From positions 1 through 42,971 of the forward strand of contig ADNK01002252.1 in the NCBI GenBank assembly GCA_000320545.1: a stretch of 42,971 nucleotides of DNA. Reading direction: 5' to 3'. Origin of the DNA: Bigelowiella natans CCMP2755 (taxonomy: Eukaryota; Protista; Cercozoa). The notes beneath the pieces are model-generated. The model was not told where the DNA came from, searched no databases, and was given only the letters and a program-made list of their open reading frames with translations. Below, one piece after another: positions 27,557-37,719 of this stretch (position 1 is the stretch's first letter; every line of letters begins with the position of its first letter). Made by a program: the position numbers and the translations under genes.

Positions 27557-28875
27557 GTATTTTCCTCCTGCTGCACCAACCTCTTCGGTATTCTGTGGAG
27601 ACATATCGCAATCGAACTGCTCTTCTCCCCCTCGTGTTCTCGCGGTATTAATAGCTTGAATGTATTCAATATTCTTCTTCCACTCCCCTCTTCGCTTCCA
27701 ACACCATCGTTCTGATCGTTTGCAGCATCATAGTCTTTGTTGTCGATAACTTCTTCTTCTTCTTCTTCTTCTTTTTCTTCACTCTCCTGATCGCGGTCTT
27801 GCAGCATGGACGATGATGACAGCAGTTTTTCTTTTTCACTTGTTGTGAGCTCGACCTAAATGTATGTGTGTTGTTAGCAGGCGGTGGTGTATTAATGTGA
27901 GATCGACATAAATGTATGTGTGTTAGCAGGCGGTGGTGTATTAAAACTGTGATGAAAAAATGATTATTTATAGCTGCTGCCGATGTAGCATAGAACTGTT
28001 CATATCGACGAGTTTAATGATAACGGTATCATAGCTGCTGTCCACAACCATATCCCACATCTACATCATCGCTGTGATGTTGAAATCTAACCACAATTGT
28101 ATCTTCGAGACAAAGAAAGGATGATGGGGTCACTACCCATGATTGATGATATACGTGCAACTTATGCTACGATGTAGTAAAGTATAGGGAGTGAGGATGT
28201 GCGTATTACCCAGCCTGCAGGTTTGAGTTCATGCAGAAACTCTAAGTTGCGTCACACCAAGACAACAAACCGTATGAGCGTGTGTCGGTGTGTGTGTGTG
28301 TGTTTTGATAGCATTCATGAGCGCTATACGTCCTTGTTCGTGGACACTCGTAGGTAGATTATCTACCTTGAACATGCGAGAAGAAACCCCTTCCAGCCTC
28401 GCTATATCCTTCTCTGTCCTCACCGGTGTTACTGTTACTATTACTACTACCACTACTACTTCTACACCTGCTACTACTGTGGAGCTCATCTGGAGGGTAT
28501 AACCAACAAAATAATTCAAATGGATGCTAATCAGGATTCTGTGTGATAAACATACATTCTAGAGGCGCAGCAACTTGTCTTCGATTCCTAAAATCTGGTA
28601 TACAAGCAATGGGCTCATGGTTCTGCAGCCTTTCAGAGGAAAACTCTTCTTATCCCCATCCCCCCCCCCCTAGTTGTCCTCAACATACCGTTTCTTCGTC
28701 TCCTCGTCGGAATTTTGATACCAGACAAAGTTCCCCATCCGCACCAAGTTTTCTCCGAGATCGACGCTTGCAGTCGGTTTCGAATGGATGGGAGAGATCG
28801 CGGCACAGCGGCGCGGAGGCGGGGGCTCGTAGACACAGCAGTGGCCACGAGGAGCCACAGCGGCCCCAGCCTCAT
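23842..28875 (-). CDS. Intron-rich homolog of bacterial/phage Hef-like proteins: degenerate Vsr/PD-(D/E)xK-like region plus Mom-related GNAT-fold domain, with putative N-terminal targeting leader
   Basis: Phase-compatible exons give ...RRVIHVWEDQWIVDEELVKSRLRSITGATQRVGARTLDVKR|VNDTVLRKFLQKHHMNAATRARYK|YGLFNRKK...EQLLAIASFSGMRK|FDRDIPGLPPLKDSRSHE|MIRHCTVQDYTILGGLSKLIK|AFERDTRVE|DIVTFSCMDWSDGQNYLKLG|FTITERIPPYCFWINQT...AWVEFMALHGWYPIHTAGTLKMIRVVERESNG*. The motif order matches my recollection of the family consensus IHxWEDxW..VKSR..AR..FL..H..GL..L.A..F..E..R..GG.SKL.K.F..I.SYAD..WS.G..Y..LGF..G......G.LK. A few internal exons (~24000-24700, ~26250-26400) are unresolved. Confidence 0.75.
26563..26653. 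repeat. (TTC)n microsatellite, intronic
   Basis: Long TTC run with a few TTT interruptions; source of the spurious poly-F and poly-K ORFs. Confidence 0.95.
27458..27550. repeat. (CA)n microsatellite, intronic
   Basis: About 90 bp of CA repeat with rare CT/TA interruptions. Confidence 0.95.
27845..27944. repeat. ~50 bp direct tandem duplication spanning a splice acceptor
   Basis: TGTGAGCTCGACCTAAATGTATGTGTGTTGTTAGCAGGCGGTGGTGTATTAA followed by TGTGAGATCGACATAAATGTATGTGTGTTAGCAGGCGGTGGTGTATTAA. Confidence 0.9.
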
Positions 28876-29048
28876 AGTTGGCGTTATTAGAAGTTATGAT
28901 GTCGATATTTCATTGTCGCAAGGGGGAAATCGCATGATTTCGCCTCTAAAAAAAATGGCATTTTTTCGATTTATTCCTTGAGTTTTGAGGAATCACGAAA
29001 GCCCTGCTACATGTACTGCTATGCATCCTCCCCCCCGCCTTCCCATTG
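28876..29048. promoter_or_regulatory. Putative compact bidirectional promoter (173 bp between divergent ATGs)
   Basis: Lies between the minus-strand ATG at 28875 and the plus-strand ATG at 29049; AT-richer than both flanking coding regions. Confidence 0.5.
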
Positions 29049-30131
29049 ATGGACACAAACAAACGTAGTGGCGACGATGGCGACTTCGTCCGGATCAAGA
29101 TCGTGCATGTCTCCGACACGCATGGCATGCACCACGGCATCAAAGTCCCAGAGGGCGACGTGCTGTTCCACACCGGCGATTTCAGCAACGAAGGCGAAGT
29201 TGAGGAGGAGTGGCCCGACTTCAACGATTGGCTTGGGAAGATAAGGAAAAGATTTCGCCTTGGGGTGTATGTCATATTAGGAAACCACGACTGGAAGTTC
29301 TTAGATTCTGGGCGGCCAGCGGTCTCTGAAAAGTTGGTGAGCATTCTCGCAGACGAACAAAAACGGAGGGCGTGGTTAAATCAGAGACTGCCTAACGCTA
29401 CGCGGGTGTTGGACAACGAGATTATAGAATTGGAAGTTACTCCTCCTGATTCTAAAGGCTTGAAACGTGAATCCATATCTTTAACCGGAGGGCCAGCTGC
29501 TACCGCTACAATCTCCATATGTGCTTGTCCGTGGCAACCCTTCAACTATTCACCCACGTATCCTGACCGAGTGCCAAAGGAAGGTGAGAATTCAGGCCAT
29601 CGTAGAGTGTATGATCTTTATTCTAAGAGTTTTTCTAATGAACTTGACGGGTTTTCGGGGGGGGAGGGTGCCTGGTGCTATGAAAATATACTCCGGCCAG
29701 ACTCAAAAGATGCTGCTGCCATTGATGTGCTGCTCTCACACGTTCCTCCAAGAGGTGTATTCGACAGAATGCCCATCATTGGAAGTTGGGGAAGCTCAGA
29801 ATTTCTGAGACACTGCATCATGCGGAGAGAGAAAGCCATCCGATGCCATCTTTTTGGCCATGTGCACGCACAGCGCGGATTCTGGAGCCTGAAGGAGGCT
29901 GAGCAGCGCAAACGGGTCCTACAAGGGGGAGTGGAATACGCGAAAAGGACAGGTGACGAACAATATGTTCTCGAGATAATGGAAGCATCTGGCTTGCACT
30001 TCATGGCGAACACGGCACTGGCAAGTGATAGAACGGTGAATCTATTCGGGAAGAAGCGGATTGCGGGGACCCCGAGAGTGATAAATGGCATTTACAAGAA
30101 GGGGAAATGGCGATTTGATGCCAATTGCTGA
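29049..30131 (+). CDS. Calcineurin-like metallophosphoesterase (MPPED/239FB-like), intronless
   Basis: All five metal-binding motifs in one uninterrupted ORF: HVSDTHGMH, PEGDVLFHTGDFS, ILGNHD, DVLLSHVPP, HLFGHVH. ATG at 29049 (the track starts at the preceding TTG). Confidence 0.92.
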   Translation: MDTNKRSGDDGDFVRIKIVHVSDTHGMHHGIKVPEGDVLFHTGDFSNEGEVEEEWPDFNDWLGKIRKRFRLGVYVILGNHDWKFLDSGRPAVSEKLVSILADEQKRRAWLNQRLPNATRVLDNEIIELEVTPPDSKGLKRESISLTGGPAATATISICACPWQPFNYSPTYPDRVPKEGENSGHRRVYDLYSKSFSNELDGFSGGEGAWCYENILRPDSKDAAAIDVLLSHVPPRGVFDRMPIIGSWGSSEFLRHCIMRREKAIRCHLFGHVHAQRGFWSLKEAEQRKRVLQGGVEYAKRTGDEQYVLEIMEASGLHFMANTALASDRTVNLFGKKRIAGTPRVINGIYKKGKWRFDANC

Positions 30132-30389
30132 CCATAATCTGGTACAACGTCTTCAGTCCAATCTCAATAATCATAGGATTTGTAGCATTTATAAAGACAC
30201 TCACGGACACTCTATCTCCCCCCTCGATCTTTTTTCGAAAAGCGCTTGTTGTATAGTTAAAAGTGGCTTCTTTTCGTCTATCCATCTCGTGCATGTCGAT
30301 GGTGTATGTTCACATGACGTTGCACAGATACAAGCTAACCAAAAATTTATAATTATTAGTTGTATGATTACGCTATAATTTTAATTCGC

Positions 30390-31070
30390 ATCCGTGGCTC
30401 TAGCCTCATTGTTGCATATATCCCCTAATGTGGCTACTAGCTAGCTAGAGCTATGCAAAACTGCAGCTACTAAGTTGCATGCGTTTGTTTCTGCTATGAT
30501 CTATTGATATCATTCGATCGTGCACGTGAATGCAACGGCATGGTTGCATGACTAGCTAGCTAGCTGGCTAGCTAGATGAGTCGTGCTTGCTAGCTTGCGC
30601 AGCATTGTGCGTTTCCTCTGCTTCTGTTGCACAATAAGTCATTTTGTCTTGTCGTTGCGTGCCTTTTACATGATTGCTGTCAGCTTGTTGTTGAGTCTTG
30701 CTTGTTGTACAGCATGCTCTGGGCATGCCTAGATGACAATAGCTAGCATAGGCGTTTCATGCAGCTAGCATGTCAGAATGTGCAACACCAACAGTATCCA
30801 AAAAAAGGCAGTAGCCAGGATCAATGTTTGTAGTAGATTTGTATGTACGTACGCTGACACCGGTCGCATTATAACTAGTTGCTTGCATTGCAAGAAATCA
30901 AACTACAAAGCTTGCCCCGGCCTATCTCGCAGTGCTGCGATGCAAGCGTCGAAATTGACAAATTAGATTCATTGTAGCTAAAGCTAACGCACATTTGCAT
31001 AGCATGTGGCATTGCAAACAATGACAAGCGCATATCAACCTTTGTAGGCTCACTAGCAATGTTAGTCTGT
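30390..31070. other. CTAG/TGCA/CATG-rich spacer block between convergent genes
   Basis: Runs such as CTAGCTAGCTAG (30437 and 30552 regions) and dense GCATG/TGCA. Confidence 0.55.
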
Positions 31071-31158
31071 GCGCAAGAAGTGATCGTACAAAGCACAAGA
31101 GTGAAACTATAATGGCATCTTGTTCCTTTGCCATCCCAGCACGCTGTTTTTTTAAGTA

Positions 31159-31476
31159 TCATGTTTTCTTCTCTAAATCCTCCCCCGAAATTATATTGAC
31201 CTCTTCCCATTCATCTTCTGCAAATATTAAGAGACAGTATTAGAACCACCACAAAGTTCTCTACGATGATTTTTCCTTTAAGGAGGATTGATATTACCGC
31301 CTTTTCTGTAGACGAAGTACAGAATCGACGAATTTGGAACGCTGTACGACTTTACGCTCCGATCGGGATCGAGATCTATATATTTCTGAGTCAAACAAAA
31401 CACAGTTGTGGTTCATACTCGGCGCACCAAATATACGAATTGCACTCCGCACGCACGCAGGCACATAATGTATACA

Positions 31477-31526
<50 letters not shown>

Positions 31527-32499
31527 GTATATACGAAACGAACCACTTCATCGTCTTCCTCCTCCTCCTCCTCCTCCCTAAAAGAGAGCAATGTTGTCAG
31601 AATTAATACACACTGAATCTAGTGTTGTCCTATCGACGAATCAAACACTTTAAACTCTAAATGCATACACTTTTCTGAAGAAAGTGCCCTCTTTCTTGCG
31701 ATATTTTTTCAGTATATCCTACCCGGGAGTAGGTTGCTTTTTCTCAGCTTGCTTCTGAATCTTTATGAGCTCCTTGTCCTTCCCCATAAGTTTGGAAACT
31801 TCTTTCAGCAACACCCCAACCTACCCATCAGAAAACAAAAAACGGCAGAACATCAATCCCGAGTCAAGAAGAAAGGTTTACCGTTCGTGGGAACGTCGGG
31901 ACGAATGAGCATTATGGCAGATCCAGAATAAATTCATCATCATCATGATGCAGCTGCACTAGAATTCTCAGTAGTGGTGATATGACCTTATCATGAGTGC
32001 TGCATGACAAGAAGAGCGTTGTCGCACCCCGTTTCAGACGGACATAGATGTCCTATTTTATGATATTATAATTAAAATTGAGGATGATCCCTTGCAATAG
32101 TGCAGACAATGTCTACAATCTGTTGGAACGCAGTGCCTGTACCCTGACTAGCCGTAATTAACCACTTCGCACAACCAAATAATTCACATACAGACACACA
32201 CACGCGCTCGCCATTCATCAGGACTTCGAAATTTATCGCTAAATTGCATCCCTCTCCTTCAACTGTTTTATCCACAGCCAATGGACGAGAAGAGGAGGAA
32301 TTCATGTGAAATAAGCCATGCGTGTCACAGCCGTTACAGCGACGAAAACGGTGTGTGGAGTTAACAACTCAATCGCCTCACTCCACACTCCAGCTATAAG
32401 GTCACAGTGTACTCATAGGATCGTATGAAAAAGCTTTTGCTTTGTGATCGCAGCTATCCTGCAGAAATTTTCCATTTTTTTGAGAAGGCAGAAAACCAT
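31159..32499 (-). CDS. Elongin B-like ubiquitin-fold protein (start inferred)
   Basis: M|DIYVRLKRGATTLFLSCSTHDK|VGVLLKEVSKLMGKDKELIKIQKQAEKKQPTPG|EEEEEEDDEVVRF|KYIDLDPDRSVKSYSVPNSSILYFVYRKG|EDEWEEVNIISGEDLEKKT*. Resembles the Elongin B N-terminus (MDVFLMIRRHKTTIF) and its C-terminal F/W-E-x-L/V segment. Not in the ORF track. Confidence 0.72.
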
Positions 32500-32910
32500 G
32501 TCGATTGGCGATTCGTTTGCTTGGGTGCGGGTCGGGAGCCCTTCTTGTTTTTTGGTATTATTTTTGATATTCCTGAGTTGGGATTTTTATCAAGTCTTTC
32601 TGCCAAAACGGATGGGGTTTTTTAAGGATGACAATGCCATAAAGAACGACGTGCGTTTCAGAACTGCGACAAGATTCCGAATCCAATTTATCTCATTATT
32701 TTACTTTTCCTTGTACACAACACCTCTCCTCAAAACCCTAGTTTCTCATTAACACACCCTCCGCTCCCCGTCCTCAAGTGAGCCCTACCGCTCACCGTGC
32801 TCAAGTGGACCCTGCACCTCCAATCGAGGTATCCTCTGGATTATTTTTATAGTTATGAACATACGAGGTTCATCCCATTAAACTCTTTTAGGAGCTTTCC
32901 GGGTGCTATG

Positions 32911-32967
32911 TGTGCTTCATGATGCCTGCCCCATACTGTGCTTCATGATGCCTGCCCCATACTGTGC
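32911..32967. repeat. 26 bp perfect tandem repeat (2.2 copies)
   Basis: TGTGCTTCATGATGCCTGCCCCATAC x2 followed by TGTGC. Confidence 0.95.
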
Positions 32968-33088
32968 CGCCTCAGGATTCGCCGACACCGTCCCGATCGA
33001 AACAGGTTTGGCAAAGGCTGGATGCGCTGGGTTGTGCTTCGCACTCCCATATTTTTTTCTAGAGAGGAAAGTGCGGCACGAACTGGAT

Positions 33089-34202
33089 ATGAACGGTGAG
33101 AGCAAGAGCGACGAGGATGAAAGGGTCGGTAAAGTCTTTGGTTCCACACGGTTTGTGTCTCCGGCTCACGTGGATCGCAAAATCTTGCACAGACAGGGTC
33201 GGCGAGACAAGCTAGACAATGGCATTCCAAGTATGAAATTTTATCACAGAGGGTGCCAGTGCGTTGATTTGACGGATGGCTGTGTTTGCTCGTGCGCGCC
33301 GCGAATTCTAACCTTCCAACGGATAATCAAGCGAGTTGAAGAAATCAGCGGGATTTGGGTACATTGTAGAATACTTCCCTGTCCTGCTTGTGGGTGCTTG
33401 AGAATAGCTGGGAGGTCTGCAAACCAAGGGCTTCTCTATACGAAACGCTGTTTTTTGCCTTTCTGCGTCCCGTGTTGCGGACAATGGGATACAAATTGGA
33501 AAACCTCGAGAAGATTGGACAATTCGAACTTATTTCAAAGCGAAGAACTGAACGAATATCCATGCTGTCAGTTAAGCAACGGAGGTTGAGTCATTCTGCT
33601 TTTCTCGAAGTCCTTTTCCCCCTCCCATCTGACGAGTAGGGAAACGAGCGTGATTCGCATTTAGAGTGATTTCAAGCGCCTGAAATTCCCCCTTTACTCA
33701 TGAGCAAAAGATGTGCATTTTTATAAAATTAAATCTATAACTTGAATTTGTGCTGCACTGAACATATAAAAATGTCGAAACGTAAATTTATTCACCGCCT
33801 CTTGCAGATGACTGTCTGCTCAGTAGTGAGGATGCTATCTGTGGGGATGTCTTCAATTGTGGCAACGACACATGCATAGTAGCACGTGGGATATGTGAAG
33901 GAAAGAAAGTTGCTTTCAAATATCTTGACTACTTCAAGACTTCTTGGATTGGCCTTCAAAATTCTGGTTCTTGCAGCTGCAAATTGTGTCCCTCATCGAA
34001 TTGCTGCTGGGATGATGATTTGCCAGATGACGGTGCTGCTCCTAGCAACATTCAAAATACCAGCAAAGCTTTCACGATGGAAAATACTGTAGGTGCTGGC
34101 AGCGATGTTCACAATCCGCATCCTTCCGCCCCGAGCTTCCCTGAGGCCAATAGGCTTAGTGTTTCTGACTACATTGCTGAAACTGCCGAAATCATGATGT
34201 AG
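33089..34202 (+). CDS. Hypothetical cysteine-rich protein (multi-exon, start uncertain)
   Basis: Long open frame containing WVHCRILPCPACGC...CFLPFCVPCCGQW...YPCCQLSNG|, an AG-bounded exon DDCLLSSEDAICGDVFNCGNDTC, and a last exon CKLCPSSNCCWDDD...HPSAPSFPE...AEIMM*. Confidence 0.5.
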
Positions 34203-35043
34203 GCGGTAGTGCCGTCGCACAACGTTGGTTAGCATCGAGTGAAGTTGGATATTGCGAGGAAAGTTGGTGAGAATGCCTTTCTATTAGCGATTGGTCTGTC
34301 TGCTAATGTGAAGCACGAGAAGCAATGGCATCATCGTCATCATGGATCGGGTGTCATCTTTCCAAGTAGTACCACGAGGCCGGGTGTTTGTCAAATGATC
34401 CAGGTTTGCTGTTTCAGATGTTTGCATGCCATGCTTGCATTGCACAAGGCTGTGGCATCTGCACTGGCGTGACGCGAGTTCCGCATGTAAATGAACAGCA
34501 AGACACTGCTGCAAAGAGAAACACGGAGCATCCTAGCATCTTTAGAAGATTTGTTTGCAACAGCTCTAGAGCTATAGGGCACTTATCTCTTAGCAATGCT
34601 TGTCTTTCTCATTGCTCCGAATGAGCTAGTATGAGTGTGCGCTGCGCGAAGTACTAGAGTACGTTTTGTTCGCATTTAGTGCCCTTTAATTCAGTAGTAC
34701 GTCAACACTTTTAAACACTTGTCGTAAGACAAAAACCTCACTGGATCACTGGTCTTGGTACATGTACTCGTTCCAAATCGTCATTTCCGAAGTAAAACAA
34801 GCGAGTTTTACTCGATTTTGACTCTGCGACCTCAAAGCTGTGCATTGAAGTTGAAATTTCACTCTGATATCACTTGATATCCAATTTATCATTTAAAAGC
34901 GATTGATTTGAAGCCTGCGACATGTAGATTGTAGTGAATTCACTCAATGATTCTTTTTGGTGCTGTGAACCGGCGGAACCCAGGTGACCACCCCATAATC
35001 CATCATCTCAACCCTCATAGCTAACGTACCTCTCTACAACAAG

Positions 35044-37605
35044 ATGCGCGTGGCCTCAGTGAGTTCCGTGGAAAATGTCGAAATGAAATTGAGGCAGGAG
35101 TCAAAAGACGTTGAGCCCCAAGGTGTACTGTTTAGGCGTTCGATTGTATGCTAGCAACACTGTTCAACGCTCGTATCAGGTTCCAAAATAGAAGGAATCG
35201 ATCTGACATGGCATGAGGTTTCTGTAAAGACTCCGGCCCCCGCATCAGGGAAGGGAACTGCACGAATAATTCTTAACAAGGCCAGTGGTGTGTAATGAGG
35301 AATGACTTTCATGTCAAACCAGCCTGGAAAATATACAAAATTGTCATTCTGTCTAGGCACAATAAAAAAGGGACAGATGTCCGCAATAATGGGACCTAGT
35401 GGATCTGGGAAAACGACGTTGATGAGCACTTTAGCGGGAAGACAGGATTTAGAATGGTCTGGATATATAGCTGCAAATGGGAGCAAAATTGATCCAGTGC
35501 AATTCCGAAAGAATATCGCATTTGTTTTACAAGAGGAGTCTCTCTTTGCGACACAAACGCCGAGAGAAGCTTTAAAGTTCTCAGCTCAACTGAGGCTTAC
35601 AGGAGAAGTAAAACCAATATTTTTGTTTTTATTCAAGAGACAAGATGAAACTGTGTTGCATACTATAGTTGACTGAACAGGAGCAAAATGAACGGGTAGA
35701 GAACATTTTGAAAGTCTTAGATCTAGACTCTTGCGCAGATTCACTCATTGGAAACGAGTTGATACGAGGATTATCTGGTGGAGAGAAACGTCGTGTCACA
35801 ATAGGAGTTGAATTCATAACAGACCCCAAAATTTTATTCTTGGATGAACCTACATCTGGTCTCGACGCAAGCTCAGCCTACAGCGTAGTTCGATCCTTAA
35901 AGAGTCTTTGCAGGTACATTTGTAATTACCAACATTGGCAACAAATTACAACATTCAACTAATAATACAGGAGAGGATGTAGTGTTGTGACGACTATCCA
36001 TCAGCCTTCGTCAGAAGCATTCCATGCATTCGACAAATGTTTCATTCTTGTTAATGGGGAAACTGTCTACGGAGGATCTATTCCACAACTTAATAAAACA
36101 TTAATTTCTATTGGTACCCCATGCCCAGCTACTTACAACCTAGCCGACCACATCATTACAGTTGTCAAACAGAAGGGGGCCAAAGGTGAAAACGACATTG
36201 AAGATGGAGTGGCTGAAAATTGCTCCGAATACTGAGGTCTCACTCGAGCGAATATATTAGAATTTATCTTCACCTTCGATATTATAATAATCTCAGATCA
36301 AAGACACAGGAGATTCCAATTTGAACACGGCCGCAAAATGCGCTGAGTGAGTCAACCATACATGCAAAAATAAACCATATGTAGATGAATGTGGATGAAA
36401 CAATGATCCAGACATGTTGAATATGCTCACTTCTTTTAGATGTGTAATTGAAGTCAACATTGTCGTATTTTTACATTCTACAAATTATTCATCAATATTT
36501 GTAATATGCACAGATTTGAAATGCGTAGTGGGTTTTTCCAGCAACTCAACGCACTTTTGGTTCGAGACACAAGGCAAAAATTTCTTGTTTAACGTTAATG
36601 TGTACATATTTAACATGAGATACTACTAGAAACGTCATCCGAGATATAAACACACTTGGATTCCGGGTTGGTGCGACAGTGTTTCTCAACGTGCTGTTTG
36701 GAGTTGTTTTCCTTGGAGTTGGTAATGACGATGTCATACAAAGCCGATATGGTAAGCATTTAGAAATTGTTATTTTCCATAAAGCATCATTTACTCTGTA
36801 TTACATATGCAGGTGGGTTGCTAATGGTAGCCATAAATGCAATGTTTGCAACTTCACAGCCTCAACTAACGTCCTTCGTTATCGAGAGGGGTGCCTTTCT
36901 CCGCGAGTTTAGAGTTGGCACATACGGTTGAAGTTTTGGTGACAGAGTTATGAATATGCTAATAAACTTGTGCGTTAAACAGGGATTGTTCCTTACTTTC
37001 TCAGCAAGTTTTTTATCGAGTAAAAACACTTCAAAGGAAATTATTCACTCCTGATTTAATTATTATTTAGCGCTGTTATTACGCTTTTTCAAACACTTCT
37101 GGGATTGGTTTGTTCGGTGTTTGCGATGGAACTTCAAGGAAACTTCTTCGCGATCTGGGGTGCAGTTTACCTTCTTGCAGTCACAGCTCAGTCCTCGACA
37201 ACATTGATAGGGTATGAGTATGAGTTCATGGTCATATAGGGTCACAAAAACTACTATCTATAATCTAATCGAATGGTTTTTAGGTGCATGGTAACAAACG
37301 TGAAAGATGCTATGGAATTATTTCCACTTGCGTTTGTGCCGCAGCTACTCTTTGCTGGTTTCTTCGTGCAAATTAACCAGATTCCTGTGTGGTTAAGATG
37401 GGCACAATGGGTATGTTCGCTGAAGTATTCTGTTAATCTGCTGCTTGTAACTGAATTTACCGAGGACGATGATGAAGTTGATGATCTATTTGACGCGAAT
37501 GACGTTAAACGAGGCGATGCTTGGTTTTATATACTCATGTTGTTCGTGCTGATCATTGTGTTTCGTATTTCCGCTATTTTCGCATTGAACATGCTTGCAA
37601 AATAA
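35044..37605 (+). CDS. ABC transporter G family (White-like) half transporter
   Basis: Walker A MGPSGSGKTTLM, Q-loop AFVLQEE, signature LSGGEKRRV, Walker B ILFLDEPTSGLD, H-loop TTIHQPS, then ABC2 membrane domain (FLRE...TY; PQLLFAGFFVQINQIPVWLRWAQWVCSLKY). Short AT-rich GT-AG introns. Confidence 0.96.
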
Positions 37606-37719
37606 TCGGTTGACTATCTATTTGTAGTTCTTAGACGTCTAAATGTTGATCTACGAAATTTAATCATTGAAAAATGAGTGCTCGATGCAAATTGATATTA
37701 GCATAGCGTGAAACATCTT

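Noticed and set aside
23842-28875. Active homing endonuclease or mobile element interpretation of the Hef-like gene
   Set aside because: The gene has many spliceosomal introns, a targeting-like leader, apparently lost nuclease acidic residues, and no terminal repeats or host intron structure that I could see.
29521-30378. Overlapping alternative-frame and antisense ORFs in the phosphoesterase
   Set aside because: No motifs; expected shadows of a real CDS.
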